A stretch of 64,000 nucleotides of DNA from an uncultured Planctomycetaceae bacterium (GCA_963815195.1 CAWFGE010000013.1:960001-1024000), one strand, 5' to 3'. Shown: positions 10,666-22,296, numbered from the stretch's first letter. Notes: generated from the sequence alone by a model not told the origin. A program made the numbers and translations.

Positions 10666-12838
10666 ATGAAGCGCGTGCGTGCAAAGGTCTTGGGGGTTCT
10701 GGCGGCTCCAATTCTGGTGCTGCCCGGTTGCGGCTATTTTCATCCGAAGCCCGTCGCGCCGGCGTGCGACGTGGCGTACTATCAGACGGCCGCGACGGGC
10801 GTGGAATACACCGAGCCGCTGCCTCCCGACGAGGAAATCGCCGCCACGCCGGCTCCGTTGACTCTGGAGACCGATACGCCGGAGTTCCAGGACATTACGC
10901 TTCAGCAGTGCGTTCAGATGGCGCTCCAGAACAACGAGGTCATGCGGGATCTCGGGGGCGTTTTGTTGCGGACGCCGACTTCGGTGCAAACGGTTTACAC
11001 GCCGGCCGTTCAAGAATCCGAGCCGCGGCTTGGCTTGGGTCTGGTCGGACCGGAGGCGGCCTTGAGCGCGTTTGACGCCTCGCTCGCGGCGAACGCGTTC
11101 GTGCAGCGGGTCGAGCGGGCCGACAACAACGGCACGCTGATCAACACCTTTCCCGGCCCGAGTTCGTTCAAGCAGGACCTGGGCACTTTCCAGGCGGAGC
11201 TGTCCAAGATTTCCGCCGTGGGCACCCGGTTCGCCGTGCGGAACCTTACCCAATACGACGCCAACAATGCGACGCTCAACACCTTCGGCAGCTCGTGGAC
11301 GGTGAATTACGAAGTGGAAGCCCGCCAGCCTCTGTTGCAGGGCGGGGGGATCGACTTCAACCGCATCGCCGGTCCCCAGGCGGTGCCGGGGATTTATACC
11401 GGGGTTCTGTTGGGCCGGATCAACACGGACATTGCGACTCGCGGATTTCGAGCTGGCCGTGCGGAGTCTGGTCAACGATGTGGAAAACGCCTATCTCGAT
11501 TTGTATTTCGCCTATCGCGATTTGGACGCGAAGATTGCGGCCCGCGATTCGGCGCTCGAAACCTGGCGGAATGTGAACGCTTTGTTCGAGGCCGACCGGA
11601 AAGGCGGCGAAGCCTTCCGCGAGGCCCAGGCCCGCGAGCAATATTTCCGCTTTCAGGAAGAAGTGCAAAATTCGCTCCAAGGCCGATTGTTTGAAGGGAC
11701 GCGAGGCAACAACGGCAGCATGGGCGGCACGTTCCGGGCGACCGGCGGCGTGCAGGTCGTCGAGCGCCGATTGCGGCTGTTGATCGGCATGCCCATCAAC
11801 AACCACACGCTCTTGCGTCCCGGCGAAGAACCGGAAATGGCCGAGGTCATCTTCGATTGGGAAGAAGTGCTCACCGAGGCATTGAACCGGCGGGTGGAAC
11901 TCAGGCGGCAGAAATGGAACGTCAAGAGCCGGCAGTTGGAGCTCAAGGCGGCCCAGAACTTCCTGTTGCCCCGCCTCGACCTGGTGGGCAAATACAACTG
12001 GAACGGTTTCGGCCGGGATTTGTTCCGCCAGCACAGCCTGGCCGCCGCCACGCGGGACGTGACGAATCCCGTTGACAATCTCCGCACGCGGTACGAGAAC
12101 AGCCAGTTCAACAACGCTTACGGCAACCTGTTCGGCGGCAACTTCCAGGGTTGGCAGGTCGGGGCCGAGTTGTCGATGCCCGTCGGCTTCCGCCGCGGTC
12201 ATGCGGGCGTGGCGAACGCGGAATTCCGGTTGGCGCACGACGTGGCGCTCTTGCGGGAGCAGGAACGCGAGGTCGTGCACGATTTGAGCAATGCCGTCGC
12301 CGATACGCAGCGGGCCTATGCCGTCGTGGAAACGAACTACAACCGCCGGCTGGCGGCGAAGCAGCAACTCGTCGCGGTGGAAGCCGCCTATGAAGCCGAC
12401 CAGGCCGGGGCGGAACTCGATGAAGTTCTCGACGCCCAGCGCCGGCTGGCCGATGCGGAATCGAATTACTATCGGTCGTTGGTGGAATACGCCTCGGCGA
12501 TCAAGAACGTGCATTTCGAGAAGGGATCGCTCCTCGATTACAACGGCATCTATCTGGAAGAAGGCCCGTGGCCGACGAAGGCCTACCAGGACGCCGCCAA
12601 GCGGCGGGACCTCAGGCTGCGTCCGCTGCAATTCCTCGGGCCGATCGAGCAGGGCCGGGTCATCAGCAACGGACCGGTGCCCCAGTTGGCGTTGCCGCAA
12701 CCGGGCACGGTGCCGCCGCCCCAAGAACCGGCCTATCCGCCGCCGCCGGGCGGCACCGAAAACGGCCGCTCGAATCCGCCGCCCGCTCCCGACAACGGCG
12801 ATTCCGATCCAAAACTCCTTCCGGCACCCTCGAACTGA
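10666..12838 (+). CDS. TolC-family outer membrane efflux protein, lipoprotein-type (frameshift near 11440)
   Basis: Lipobox-like LVLPGC; ITLQQCVQMALQNN; RQPLLQGGG; VENAYLDL; LLPRLDLVG; LDEVLDAQRRLADAE; Pro-rich tail. Confidence 0.85.
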
Positions 12839-12878
12839 CGCGGAACACGGCAACCCGCGTTCATGAGACGTGCCGAAC

Positions 12879-12912
12879 AAAACCCCGGTCACCCAAGTGG
12901 CCGGGGTTTTTT
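12879..12912 (+). terminator. Rho-independent terminator after tolC
   Basis: aaaaccccggtcac-ccaa-gtggccggggtttttt hairpin with U-tract. Confidence 0.8.
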
Positions 12913-13063
12913 CCAATGTACGGCGAGCACGGGGCCTATTCGATCTTGGCGGTCGCGCGGTCGAAGGAGCGTTCGTGGTCATTGGCTGGGATAACGTGGG
13001 GTGTTATCGTTATCGTCATCGGTAGAAAACCGGCGACTTCCGAGAACCCACAAGGAACTCCCC

Positions 13064-14038
13064 ATGGCCTTTTCATTTCCATTGGTCTTGACGCTGTTGG
13101 CCGCGGCCCCGTCGCAGCCTTTCACGAGCCCCAATTCCGAAACGCCCCAATACGGTCACGGGTTGACGCCTCGCGAAGCCGACGCCGGTTGGCTCAGTCT
13201 GTTTGACGGAGAGACCACCTTCGGATGGAAGAACGCAGACGTCCGAAACGGAAGTTTGCGGGGCGGCGAAACCACGACTCGATTTCGAAATTTTGAAATC
13301 CGGGCCAAAGTCTCGTCCGGAGGATTCATCGTGGTTGGCGCTTTGGCGGAGCGGGTCTCGCCGGGTCTCTTTGAAAAAACCGTGAAGGCGGAAAAGCCGC
13401 AGACGATCCGGCTGGGAGCGACGGTCGAGGTCCAGTCGGTGCTGGTGCGCCCCTTGGGACTCGAGCCGACGTTTAACGGGAAAACTCTCGATGGCTGGAA
13501 AGTGCTTCCGCATCCTCGCCTGCCGAAAGAAAAGCAAGCCGTCTGGCGGGTCGAGAAGGGAGCGATTGTGGCCGAAGGGGGACCAGGAGCGCTTGAACTC
13601 CAAAATTCCCGTTATGGAGATTTTGTCTTGCAAGTCGAAGTTCGCACCCGGAAAAAACTCGTCAATGGAGGTGTCTTTGTTCGGGCGATTCCGGAAGATT
13701 TTCTCAACGGATACGAAGCCCAAATCTTCAATGCCTGCTATGAAAATGATCCCTCTCAACCGGCGCGCTACAGCACGGGTGCGATTGATGATCGACAACT
13801 CGCCCGGAAACTCGTGAGCCGGGACAAGGCGCCGTTCTTAATGACCGTCATCGCCGGGGGACCGCACATCGCGACTTGGGTCAACGGCGTTCAAATGACG
13901 GATTGGACCGATCCCCGCGAAACTCACGAAAACCCCCGCCAAGGAAAACGAGAGAAACCGGGAGCGATCCAACTGCAGGCTCACGATCCTGGAACAGAGA
14001 TCGAGTTTCACCAAATACGGATTCGTAGCGCGAAGTAG
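13064..14038 (+). CDS. DUF1080 (3-keto-disaccharide hydrolase-like) exported protein
   Basis: GWLSLFDGETTFGW, FNGKTLDGW, NGGVFVR, GYEAQI, GAIQLQAHD. Confidence 0.85.
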   Translation: MAFSFPLVLTLLAAAPSQPFTSPNSETPQYGHGLTPREADAGWLSLFDGETTFGWKNADVRNGSLRGGETTTRFRNFEIRAKVSSGGFIVVGALAERVSPGLFEKTVKAEKPQTIRLGATVEVQSVLVRPLGLEPTFNGKTLDGWKVLPHPRLPKEKQAVWRVEKGAIVAEGGPGALELQNSRYGDFVLQVEVRTRKKLVNGGVFVRAIPEDFLNGYEAQIFNACYENDPSQPARYSTGAIDDRQLARKLVSRDKAPFLMTVIAGGPHIATWVNGVQMTDWTDPRETHENPRQGKREKPGAIQLQAHDPGTEIEFHQIRIRSAK

Positions 14039-14087
14039 CGGCCGCGTTCGCCAAAAAAATTGGGCATCGCGAAAACGGGAGAACAAA

Positions 14088-15679
14088 ATGAAGTCTGCGA
14101 TCACGGTCCTGATTGTGCTAAGCCCGCTGATTTGGGCGGCGTTTTGCTCGAACGTCCCGGCGGCGGAAACCGAGCGGCCGAATATCGTCCTGGTCATGGC
14201 GGACGATCTCGGCTGGTCGGACATCGGATGTTTCGGCGGCGAGATCCGCACTCCCCATATCGACTCGCTCGCCCGGGACGGATTGCGGTTCACGCAGTTC
14301 TACAACAATGCCGTCTGTGGCCCCACGCGGGCTTCGCTGTTGACGGGCCTCTACTGCCAACAGACAGGGCACTCCGGCGACATTGGAATCAGCCCAAAGA
14401 TTATTCCAAGTGCGTGCTCGTTTCCGAGGTGCTGCAACACGCGGGTTACCACACCATGATGGTTGGGAAATGGCAGGGGCGGGACCCGGCCCTCGACCGC
14501 GGCTTCGATCGGTTCTTCGGTCCCATGTGCCAGGCCAAGATCAGTTACTTTCACGAAGTCCAACAGAACCCGTTCTATCTCGACCGAACGCGGTTCACGC
14601 TGCCGGAGAATTTCTACCTCACAGAGTCCTTCAACGATTACGCCGTTCGGTTTTTGAAAGAAGCCGTCGCAAACGACCAGCCCTTCTTTCTGTATGTGGC
14701 GCACATCGCACCCCATTGGCCCTTGCACGCCCGCGAGGCCGACATCGCGGCTTATCGCCGGCAGTATCGCCAGCGCGGTTGGGATGCGTGGCGGGCCGGG
14801 CGTTTTGCGTTCCAACAGAAATCCGAACTCATCCCGTCCCAATGGAAACTCGCCCCGCGACCCGCCGGCGTGGGGAAATGGAAGGACGATCCTAATAAAA
14901 ACTGGCAAGCGGAACGCATGGCGGTTTATGCCGCCCAGGTGGCCGCCATCGATAAAGGCTTGGGGCAATTGCTCTGCGTGCTCAAGGAAAGCGGCCAGGA
15001 CAAGAACACGCTGGTGATGTTTCTCTCGGACAACGGGGCCGCGCCGGACGGTGGCGTTCGGCCTTCCCAAAGCGGTTTTGGGTTCGGTCCCAAGCTGCCC
15101 AACAATCGTTGGCGCTTGGATCACGTCCCGATTCGCCCGGGCAGTGGGCCTGAAATTCTCCCCGGCCCTCCGGACACCTTCGCCGCGTACGGCCTCGCCT
15201 GGGCCACGCTCAGCAATACGCCGTTTCGCAGCACGAAGCTCAGCGGCTACGAAGGCGGCATCCGGACGCCCTTGCTCGCCCGGTGGCCCGCGGTCATCCG
15301 CAAGGATCAGCAAACCAATCAAGTCGGACACGTGATGGACCTGATGGCGACGTGCCTCAACGCGGCCCATGTGGAATACCCGGCCGAGTTTCGAGGCCGA
15401 AAACCTTTGCCGATGGAAGGCAAAAGCCTCGTGCCGGTTTTCGAGGGAAACAAGCGCGAGGGGCACGAAATCCTCTGTTGGAGCGTGCCCCGGCATCATG
15501 TCGTCCGCGTGGGCAAATGGAAGGCGATTCGTCCCCGCCAGGGCGGAGACTGGGAGCTTTTTGATCTGGAGGCCGACGGCACCGAAACCACCGATCTCGC
15601 CAAACACGAGCCCCATCGAGTTGAGAAACTGGCGCGGCAGTTTGAAATCTGGCAGACCCGCGTGGAAGGTCAAAAGTGA
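14088..15679 (+). CDS. Arylsulfatase (formylglycine-dependent; frameshift near 14375)
   Basis: RPNIVLVMADDLG, CGPTRASLLTG (CxPxR), VGKW, APHWPLHA, SDNG, YEGGIRTP. Confidence 0.92.
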
Positions 15680-15680
15680 G

Positions 15681-16662
15681 TCACGTCTGACGTTTGACGC
15701 GATTCGCGATCGTGTCCAGGTCGACCAGTTTGGCCTGGCCTCGCGACTCGTCGACGAGGTCGCAAATCAGATCGAGCGCGCGAAATTTGGGATCCACAGC
15801 GCCCAGGCACGAGGGGTGCGCCAAAAAATCGAAGACCGCTCGCTGTTCAATGACCCAAACCACGGCCTCGCGGACGGCTTCCAAGAACCACTCCAGCCGC
15901 CAACGGCCGTTGCGAAACGCGCCAATATCGCTGATGGGACTCATGGGAATCTCGATCAACCCGCTGGGATAGACAAAAGGCTGCGCGGCGGCTTGGGCCT
16001 TTCGGATGTCTTCGTAGATCTCGCGGGAGGGCTCTGTCTGGGGTTTGGTATTTGCGTGACGGGGATATTTGCTGCTCACCCAGGTGAAGCCGGCGTCTAA
16101 AAGCATCCGCTGCACGTCTTCGCGGCCGGCCAATCCTTGCGGAAATCCGCCGGGCGTGCGAAATCCCCGATTGGTAATTCCGATGCGCTCTTTTAAAGCC
16201 AGCGCGGTGCGGCGGATGTTCTCGCGGATCACCTCGGCGGGGCTCTGGCCTGCAATCAGCCACGGCGCGCGCCGAAAACGATACTGCAAATCCTCCGGTT
16301 TCGTCGCCAGGACATTCACGTGGTCGTAGGTGTGGTTGCCGATCGGATGACCATCCTCGTCGAGCTTTTTCAGCCAGCTCACATCCTCTTGCTCGAGCAC
16401 GCGGCCGACGCAAAAGTAATGGATCCGCCCGCCCCGCGCCCGGACCCGCTGGCCCGCTTCCAAGGCGTAGCGCTTCGTGTCTTCGTCGAGATTGCCTTTT
16501 TCGTAGTCCCAATGCGTGTCGGTCCACTTGGGAAAATTGCGGCTCATCTCCAAATCGAGAGTGATCGCAATCTGAGCCTGCCGGGGCGGTTCCGCGGCCG
16601 GCAACGTTCTCCGCCAACAACACGCCTCCCGCAGCACCTAGAAATTCACGACGATTCAGCAT
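15681..16662 (-). CDS. Tat-exported polysaccharide deacetylase-family protein (frameshift near 16610)
   Basis: MLNRREFL Tat signal in one frame; ITLDLE, GNHTYDH, GFRTPGG in the other. Confidence 0.8.
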
Positions 16663-16663
16663 G

Positions 16664-17782
16664 TCACTTTGGAGACGATTTCGGAGGGATGGTTTTAACC
16701 CAGGAGACCTGCGTGACGAGATGATTCAAAGCGGCGAACGAGATGTGCGCGTTCGTCGCGTACTTCGGCGTGTTGTTCGCCGGAAACGTGGCCAACGTGG
16801 CATCGCCTACAAGAAACACATTGAAATCCTGGGACAAATTTTCGTAGCCCGCCGTCGTCCGGCAAAAGCACATGTCCGTCGCATAGCCCGTCAAGAGGAC
16901 ATGCTGGATGCCCTGAGATTTCAAAAACGTTTTGAGCGGTTCGTAACCCTCGGCATCATAGATCACCACATCCTGCGGATCGGCATCCAGATCGTTGGTG
17001 ACGGGAATGGGCAAATTCCAGAACCCCGCATTGTCATAGCGCGGCCCCGCATCCAGGCCGGGGAACTGTTTGAAGTAGTCTGTGACGGGCGACTCGCTGG
17101 AAAGCGTCAATTCCGCGGGTAACGGTTCGCCTCGATAGTCGAACGACTTCAATTTTGTTTTGAGCTCCGCCGCTCCTTCCGTTCGCTCCTTGGCGCTGGG
17201 GGTGTGATGTATCGAGCGATATAGCTTCTTGCGAATGGGGTCCATGTTTCCCGGCAGGCTATACATCACAAAGCCCACCTTGCCCCTGAGCGACTTGAGG
17301 AACGGATTGATCACGGTCTTCGTGTGCCGGCCGGCCAAATGGTTCTTGGCCGGCGTGCAGAAGTCGGCGACCCCCGCGGGTTCCGGCGTCCGCCAGCCCT
17401 GGCCGTCGTCAATCCCCCACGGGTGGACCATAATCACCGCAGTGTGCTCCGCCCGCAGGCGGTTGGGCATCTCGATGATGCCCCGCGCATTGTAGGAGAA
17501 CCGCCACGCGCGAACGGCGAGATCGGCGTGCTCTTCGTCGACCAGCACGGGGGCCTCGTAGCGAGTCTCTTCCTCGATGGGCTCGACGAACTTCGGGTAG
17601 TCCGCGAGCAATGGAGCCGGGTTTTCGATCTTCACCAGCCGATTTCGATAAACCCGAGACGACGATCCCTCTTGAGAAAAAACCGGCGGATGAAGGAGCA
17701 TGCCGACCAGGCCCGCCAAGAGACCAATCGTCTGAAACTTCTGTCTCCGGGAAGCGTCTGAACGTGAGGAGATTGGAAACAT
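16664..17782 (-). CDS. Exported isochorismatase/cysteine hydrolase family protein
   Basis: VLLTGYATDMC (catalytic Cys context), VFLVGDAT; signal-like N-terminus. Confidence 0.75.
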   Translation of the reverse strand: MFPISSRSDASRRQKFQTIGLLAGLVGMLLHPPVFSQEGSSSRVYRNRLVKIENPAPLLADYPKFVEPIEEETRYEAPVLVDEEHADLAVRAWRFSYNARGIIEMPNRLRAEHTAVIMVHPWGIDDGQGWRTPEPAGVADFCTPAKNHLAGRHTKTVINPFLKSLRGKVGFVMYSLPGNMDPIRKKLYRSIHHTPSAKERTEGAAELKTKLKSFDYRGEPLPAELTLSSESPVTDYFKQFPGLDAGPRYDNAGFWNLPIPVTNDLDADPQDVVIYDAEGYEPLKTFLKSQGIQHVLLTGYATDMCFCRTTAGYENLSQDFNVFLVGDATLATFPANNTPKYATNAHISFAALNHLVTQVSWVKTIPPKSSPK

Positions 17783-17828
17783 GAGGTTGACCTCTCTCTT
17801 TTTAGTTCTTGATTCTCGCGGCGGGTTG

Positions 17829-18683
17829 TTACAGGTCGAGCGCGCGGTTCATGCGCTCGGCGATGTCGGCGAGGCGTTTGCGGTCGCCGCCGGGGACTTC
17901 CGCCGTCGCCCAGCCGCTGTAGCCGATCTCCTTGAGGGCTTTGCGGACCTCGGGCCAGTTGCAGTCGCCTTCGCCGATCTCGACCTGGAACCCTTTCCAC
18001 AGGCCTTCGTTCTTTTGTTTCTCCCGGCTGTACTCTTTGATGTCGAGCTTGCCGATGCGATTCCCGAGGATGCGAATCCATTGCTCCGGCCAGCCGAACC
18101 GCACGACGTTGCCCACGTCGAAATAGGCCCCCATCGCGGGGTTGTCGATCTCGTCGAGATACCGCGCCGTTTCCAGCGGGCTTAAGAGGAAATTGTTCCA
18201 CACGTTTTCGACGAGCAGCTTGATGCCCTGCTCTTGGGCATAAGGAGCGGCCTCGCGGTAGCGGGCCTGGGTCTCGCGATAGTTTTTGTCGTAAGGCGAT
18301 TGGGCGTTCACGCGGCCGGCCACGACCAGCACGCTGCTGCCGCCGAGATACTTCGCCAAATCGACCGCGGTTTTGATGTCGGGGTTCGAGGAGTTGATCA
18401 CCCCGTGCACCTTGAGGCCGGCTTTTTCGCTGGCGAGCCTGAGCGCTTTTTTGTCGATGCTGTCCTTCGTGCGGACTTCCACGCCGTCGTAGCCCAGGTC
18501 CTTGAGGAGTTTGAGCTTATCCAGCACCGTGAGATCCTCGGCGATCATGTGGTACTTGACGGCTTTCTTGATCTTCCCCGCGTTCGCGCCCGCGGCGTTC
18601 GCCGAGGTGTTGAGCGCCAAGCCCGCCGCGATCGTGCCCGTGGCCGCGAGAAATTCCCGCCGATTGAAATTTGCACCGCTCAT
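17829..18683 (-). CDS. Tat-exported sugar phosphate isomerase/epimerase (hexulose-6-P isomerase-like)
   Basis: NRREFL; LVENVWNNFL, YFDVGN, DIKEY, GWATAEV. Confidence 0.88.
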   Translation of the reverse strand: MSGANFNRREFLAATGTIAAGLALNTSANAAGANAGKIKKAVKYHMIAEDLTVLDKLKLLKDLGYDGVEVRTKDSIDKKALRLASEKAGLKVHGVINSSNPDIKTAVDLAKYLGGSSVLVVAGRVNAQSPYDKNYRETQARYREAAPYAQEQGIKLLVENVWNNFLLSPLETARYLDEIDNPAMGAYFDVGNVVRFGWPEQWIRILGNRIGKLDIKEYSREKQKNEGLWKGFQVEIGEGDCNWPEVRKALKEIGYSGWATAEVPGGDRKRLADIAERMNRALDL

Positions 18684-18808
18684 GATGTTTCCCCTTCCTG
18701 CCGGACCGGATAAGACGCACAATAATAACGACGGTATCCAGATCGGCCCCGCACCGCAATCAACGGCACCAATCGTCGCCGGATGGCGCTCGGGTCCGGT
18801 TGTTCCAC

Positions 18809-18872
18809 GAACCGGGGCTAGCGCCCGGCGGCTAATAAGACACAGAACCGGGGCTAGCGCCCGGCGGTTGAT
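18809..18872. repeat. Two tandem REP-like units GAACCGGGGCTAGCGCCCGGCGG
   Basis: 18809-18836 and 18845-18872; same family in reverse orientation at 24190, 30891 and 43987. Confidence 0.9.
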
Positions 18873-18916
18873 GGATGCGACGACTATTCACAAATCGCAA
18901 AACGGGAGCCTCCACC

Positions 18917-19786
18917 ATGATCTCGCGAAACTCGTGGGCTTTGTTACTGAGCGGCATCGCTGTCGCCGGTGCATCCTGGGCATTTGGTTTGCCGAGAACC
19001 GATGCCCAAGCGGACGCGGTGCCGGCGGCTGCGCATCCGGCCGCGGCGGTCACAGTGGAGGACATCGCCGCCGGCAAAGCGCGGATGATCGATTTGACCT
19101 ATCCGCTCAATTCCCAGAATGCGTTTTGGCCGGGCGAGAACTATCGGCCGTTTGAATTGAAAACGATCGCCACGCGCGAAAAAGACGGCGTGCTCTCCAA
19201 GGCCATTTCGATGCCCGAACACTTGGGAACGCACCTGGACGCGCCGAACCATTTTGAAAAGAACCAGCCTTCGGTGGAGAAGCTCACGGCCCGCCAGCTT
19301 TTCGGGCCGGGGGTGGTGATCGACATCAGCGGCCAGGCGGAGCAAAACCCGGACTACACGCTTGCGCCAAGCGACATCGAGGCGTGGGAAAAACAGCACG
19401 GGCGGATTCCCGACGGGGCGATCGTGCTGCTTCGCACGGGCTGGGGGCGGTTTTGGGGGAACGTCGCCCGCTTCCAAAACCGCGACGCCCGCGGGAGGCT
19501 GCATTTTCCGTCCTACTCAGCGGAGGCGGCCCGGTTCTTGATCCAAAAACGCAAAGCCCGCGGCGTCGGGGTCGACAACCTCAGCATCGATCCGGGAATC
19601 TCCAAGGACTTTCCCGTGCACCACATCGTCAACGCAGCGGGCCGATTCGGACTGGAAAACGTGGCCCAGTTGGATCAACTGCCGCCGCGCGGGTTTTATC
19701 TCATCATCGCGCCCTTGAAGATCGAAGCCGGCACCGGCGGCCCCACGCGAATCTGGGCCGTCCTGCCGGCGCGGAATGCTAAATAA
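18917..19786 (+). CDS. Cyclase family (kynurenine formamidase-like) metal hydrolase, exported
   Basis: EHLGTHLDAPNH (HxGTHxDxPxH), VLLRTGW, GLENV, GTGGPTR. Confidence 0.9.
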   Translation: MISRNSWALLLSGIAVAGASWAFGLPRTDAQADAVPAAAHPAAAVTVEDIAAGKARMIDLTYPLNSQNAFWPGENYRPFELKTIATREKDGVLSKAISMPEHLGTHLDAPNHFEKNQPSVEKLTARQLFGPGVVIDISGQAEQNPDYTLAPSDIEAWEKQHGRIPDGAIVLLRTGWGRFWGNVARFQNRDARGRLHFPSYSAEAARFLIQKRKARGVGVDNLSIDPGISKDFPVHHIVNAAGRFGLENVAQLDQLPPRGFYLIIAPLKIEAGTGGPTRIWAVLPARNAK

Positions 19787-20864
19787 ACTCGGGTGGCACG
19801 CGTGCCACCCGCCCTTTGCTGCTTTGATCCTGTTGCACCAGCCGGGCGGCGACTTGGAGGGCGGCGATCATGCCGCGGGCGGAGGCCTGGCCTTTCCAGG
19901 CGATGTCGAACGCGGTGCCGTGGCTGGGGCTGGTGCGAACGATGGGCAGGCCCAAGGTCACATTGACCACGCGGTCGAACGCGATGAGCTTAAGCGCGAT
20001 GTGTCCTTGATCGTGATACATCGCGGCGACGCCGTCGAACTCTCCCGCGACGGCGCGCTTGAGCAAGGTGTCCGCCGGGAACGGACCCTGGGCGTGGATG
20101 TGTTCTTCGCGGGCGGATTCCACCGCGGGGGCGATGATGCCGGCTTCTTCGGTTCCGAACAATCCTTCTTCCCCGGCGTGCGGATTGAGCGCGCACACGC
20201 CGACGCGAGGCTCCGGGCAGCCGAGCCGCTTCATAAACCGATCGACGAGCGCGATTGTCTCCCGCACCCGCTCGGCGGTCAGCAAGCCGGGCACGCTTTG
20301 GATCGAGGTATGCAATGTCGCATGGGCCACGCCGAGCCCGAATGGGCCGCCGACGGTGTCATCGGGCGGGAGATAGAGCATCATCGCGAACTGTTTGACG
20401 CCGCATTCCCGGGCGAGGATTTCCGTATGGCCGGGAAAGGGATGGCCGGCAAGGTGCAAAGCCGCCTTGTTGAGGGGAGCCGTCGTGATCGCATCCACGC
20501 GGCCGGCCAAAGCGGCGCGGGTCGCGGCGACGAGGGCCTCATACGCGGCCCGGCCCGCGCGGGCATCGACGACGCCGGGGGGAACTTCAGCCGACTCCTC
20601 CCCGCAGGGATTCCAGCACGGGAGCGTCTGTTCCAACAGGTTCCCGGCGGTCTGGGCCGCTTCTGGGTCGGGAACGTCGAGAATCTCCAGCGATCCGCCC
20701 GTGAGTTTCACCGCCCGGCGGAGGACTTCGGGATGCCCGACCGCGAGCAACCGGCACGTCGATTGCATCTCGGGGGAGAGCGCGGCCCGGACGATGGTTT
20801 CGGGACCGATGCCCGCCACATCGCCCAGCGTTACGGCCACCAGAGGGAGTGCATCTGTTCCCAT
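19779..20864 (-). CDS. pdxA: 4-hydroxythreonine-4-phosphate dehydrogenase
   Basis: TLGDVAGIGPE, TAPLNK, FPGHTE, LNPHAGE, GPFPADT, MYHDQG, RTSPSHGTAFDIA. Confidence 0.95.
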   Translation of the reverse strand: MGTDALPLVAVTLGDVAGIGPETIVRAALSPEMQSTCRLLAVGHPEVLRRAVKLTGGSLEILDVPDPEAAQTAGNLLEQTLPCWNPCGEESAEVPPGVVDARAGRAAYEALVAATRAALAGRVDAITTAPLNKAALHLAGHPFPGHTEILARECGVKQFAMMLYLPPDDTVGGPFGLGVAHATLHTSIQSVPGLLTAERVRETIALVDRFMKRLGCPEPRVGVCALNPHAGEEGLFGTEEAGIIAPAVESAREEHIHAQGPFPADTLLKRAVAGEFDGVAAMYHDQGHIALKLIAFDRVVNVTLGLPIVRTSPSHGTAFDIAWKGQASARGMIAALQVAARLVQQDQSSKGRVARVPPEFI

Positions 20865-21048
20865 CAAAAATCGCCGATCCAAATAAGCCCGTTGAGGGTT
20901 TAATAACGAAACCCCTTGAGAAAACCCGGCGAAGGTGTGCCGGTTTGTCCGATTTGGAGGCCTGTCCGCGGAGCGGATCGGCAGATTCGCCAAAACCGGA
21001 TCCCATTGAAATGCTAGCACAAATCTGAAAACCCACAACACAAAGAAC

Positions 21049-21066
21049 TTGCAAAGCAGGTGCCCG
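21049..21066 (-). promoter_or_regulatory. Possible sigma54 (-24/-12) promoter facing pdxA
   Basis: Minus strand reads cgGGCACctgctTTGCaa (GG-N10-GC). Confidence 0.3.
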
Positions 21067-21243
21067 TCTGCCTATGTTAGAGGGAGAGGAAATTGCGATT
21101 CGGTGCGGAGCACTTCTCTCTTGGCCAAACAGACTGGCCGATCGCGCAGCCAAAATTCGATTTAAAGATCAGCCCGGAGAGATCCCCAGCCGGTGCCTTG
21201 TTCTTTTCAGGAATGGCGGAACGTCTCGTAAAGGAACAACTTC

Positions 21244-22296
21244 ATGCCCGTGAACCCGTCCTCAGTTTCCGCATCCCTTTCCAACGCTTTCCATCGCGGC
21301 AGGGTGAGTTTCCGGGCCGCTTGGCTTTTGCTGCTCTTCGTGCCGGCGATTCCGCTCCGGGCGGAGACGCCGGAACAGCCGCTGGCCGAGAAAACCGCCC
21401 CCGTGGCGTTCGAGAAGGACAGCCCCGAAAACGTGGCCGACCTGATCGACATGGAACACCAAATCCGCAAGATCTCCAAGCAGGTCATCCCCACGACGGT
21501 CAATATTCAAGTCGGCAACGCCCAGGGCAGCGGGGTGATCGTCAGCAAGAAAGGCGAAATCCTCACGGCGGCCCACGTCATCGGCGCACCGGGCCGGAAA
21601 GTCAAAATCATTCTGTCCGACGGCCGGGAAGTCGAAGGCGAAACGCAGGGACTCAGCCGCCGGCTCGATGTGGGGCTCGTGAAGATCGTCGAAAAGGGCG
21701 ATTGGCCCGCGGCCGAGATGGGCGACATGAAAAAGATCAACGTGGGCACCTGGTGCCTCGCGACCGGGCATCCCGGCGGGTACCGCAAAGACCGCCCGCC
21801 CGTCGTGCGGCTGGGGCGGGTGATCCTGAAACGCGACGACATCCTGCAAACCGATTGCACGCTCGTCGGCGGGGACTCCGGCGGACCGGTGTTCGACATG
21901 GACGGCAAAGTCATCGGCATCAACAGCCGCATCGGGGCTTCGACCGCCTGGAACTTCCATGTGCCGGTCTCGGCGTACCAGGACAACTGGGAGCGGCTCG
22001 TCAAAGCGGAAAGCTGGGACAATTCCCCCGAGCCGGGCGGGCCGATCCTCGGCGTGAGCGGCGACGACGACCCGCTGGGCTGCAAGATCACGAGCGTCGG
22101 CAAAGACCTGCCCGCGGAAAAAGCCGGCATGGAAGTGGGCGACATCATCATCACATTTGACGGCCAGCCCGTCAAAGGGTTTGATTCGCTGAAGGCGTTG
22201 GTCCAAAAGCACAAACCGGGCGACCGGGTGGCCGTGGAATTTCGCCGCGGCGAAGAAACCCTCAAAAAAATGATTGAACTGGCAGAATGGAAATAG
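21244..22296 (+). CDS. HtrA/S1C serine protease with C-terminal PDZ
   Basis: Intact triad: LTAAHV, DVGLVKI, GGDSGGP; PDZ motif PAEKAGMEVGDII. Confidence 0.92.
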   Translation: MPVNPSSVSASLSNAFHRGRVSFRAAWLLLLFVPAIPLRAETPEQPLAEKTAPVAFEKDSPENVADLIDMEHQIRKISKQVIPTTVNIQVGNAQGSGVIVSKKGEILTAAHVIGAPGRKVKIILSDGREVEGETQGLSRRLDVGLVKIVEKGDWPAAEMGDMKKINVGTWCLATGHPGGYRKDRPPVVRLGRVILKRDDILQTDCTLVGGDSGGPVFDMDGKVIGINSRIGASTAWNFHVPVSAYQDNWERLVKAESWDNSPEPGGPILGVSGDDDPLGCKITSVGKDLPAEKAGMEVGDIIITFDGQPVKGFDSLKALVQKHKPGDRVAVEFRRGEETLKKMIELAEWK

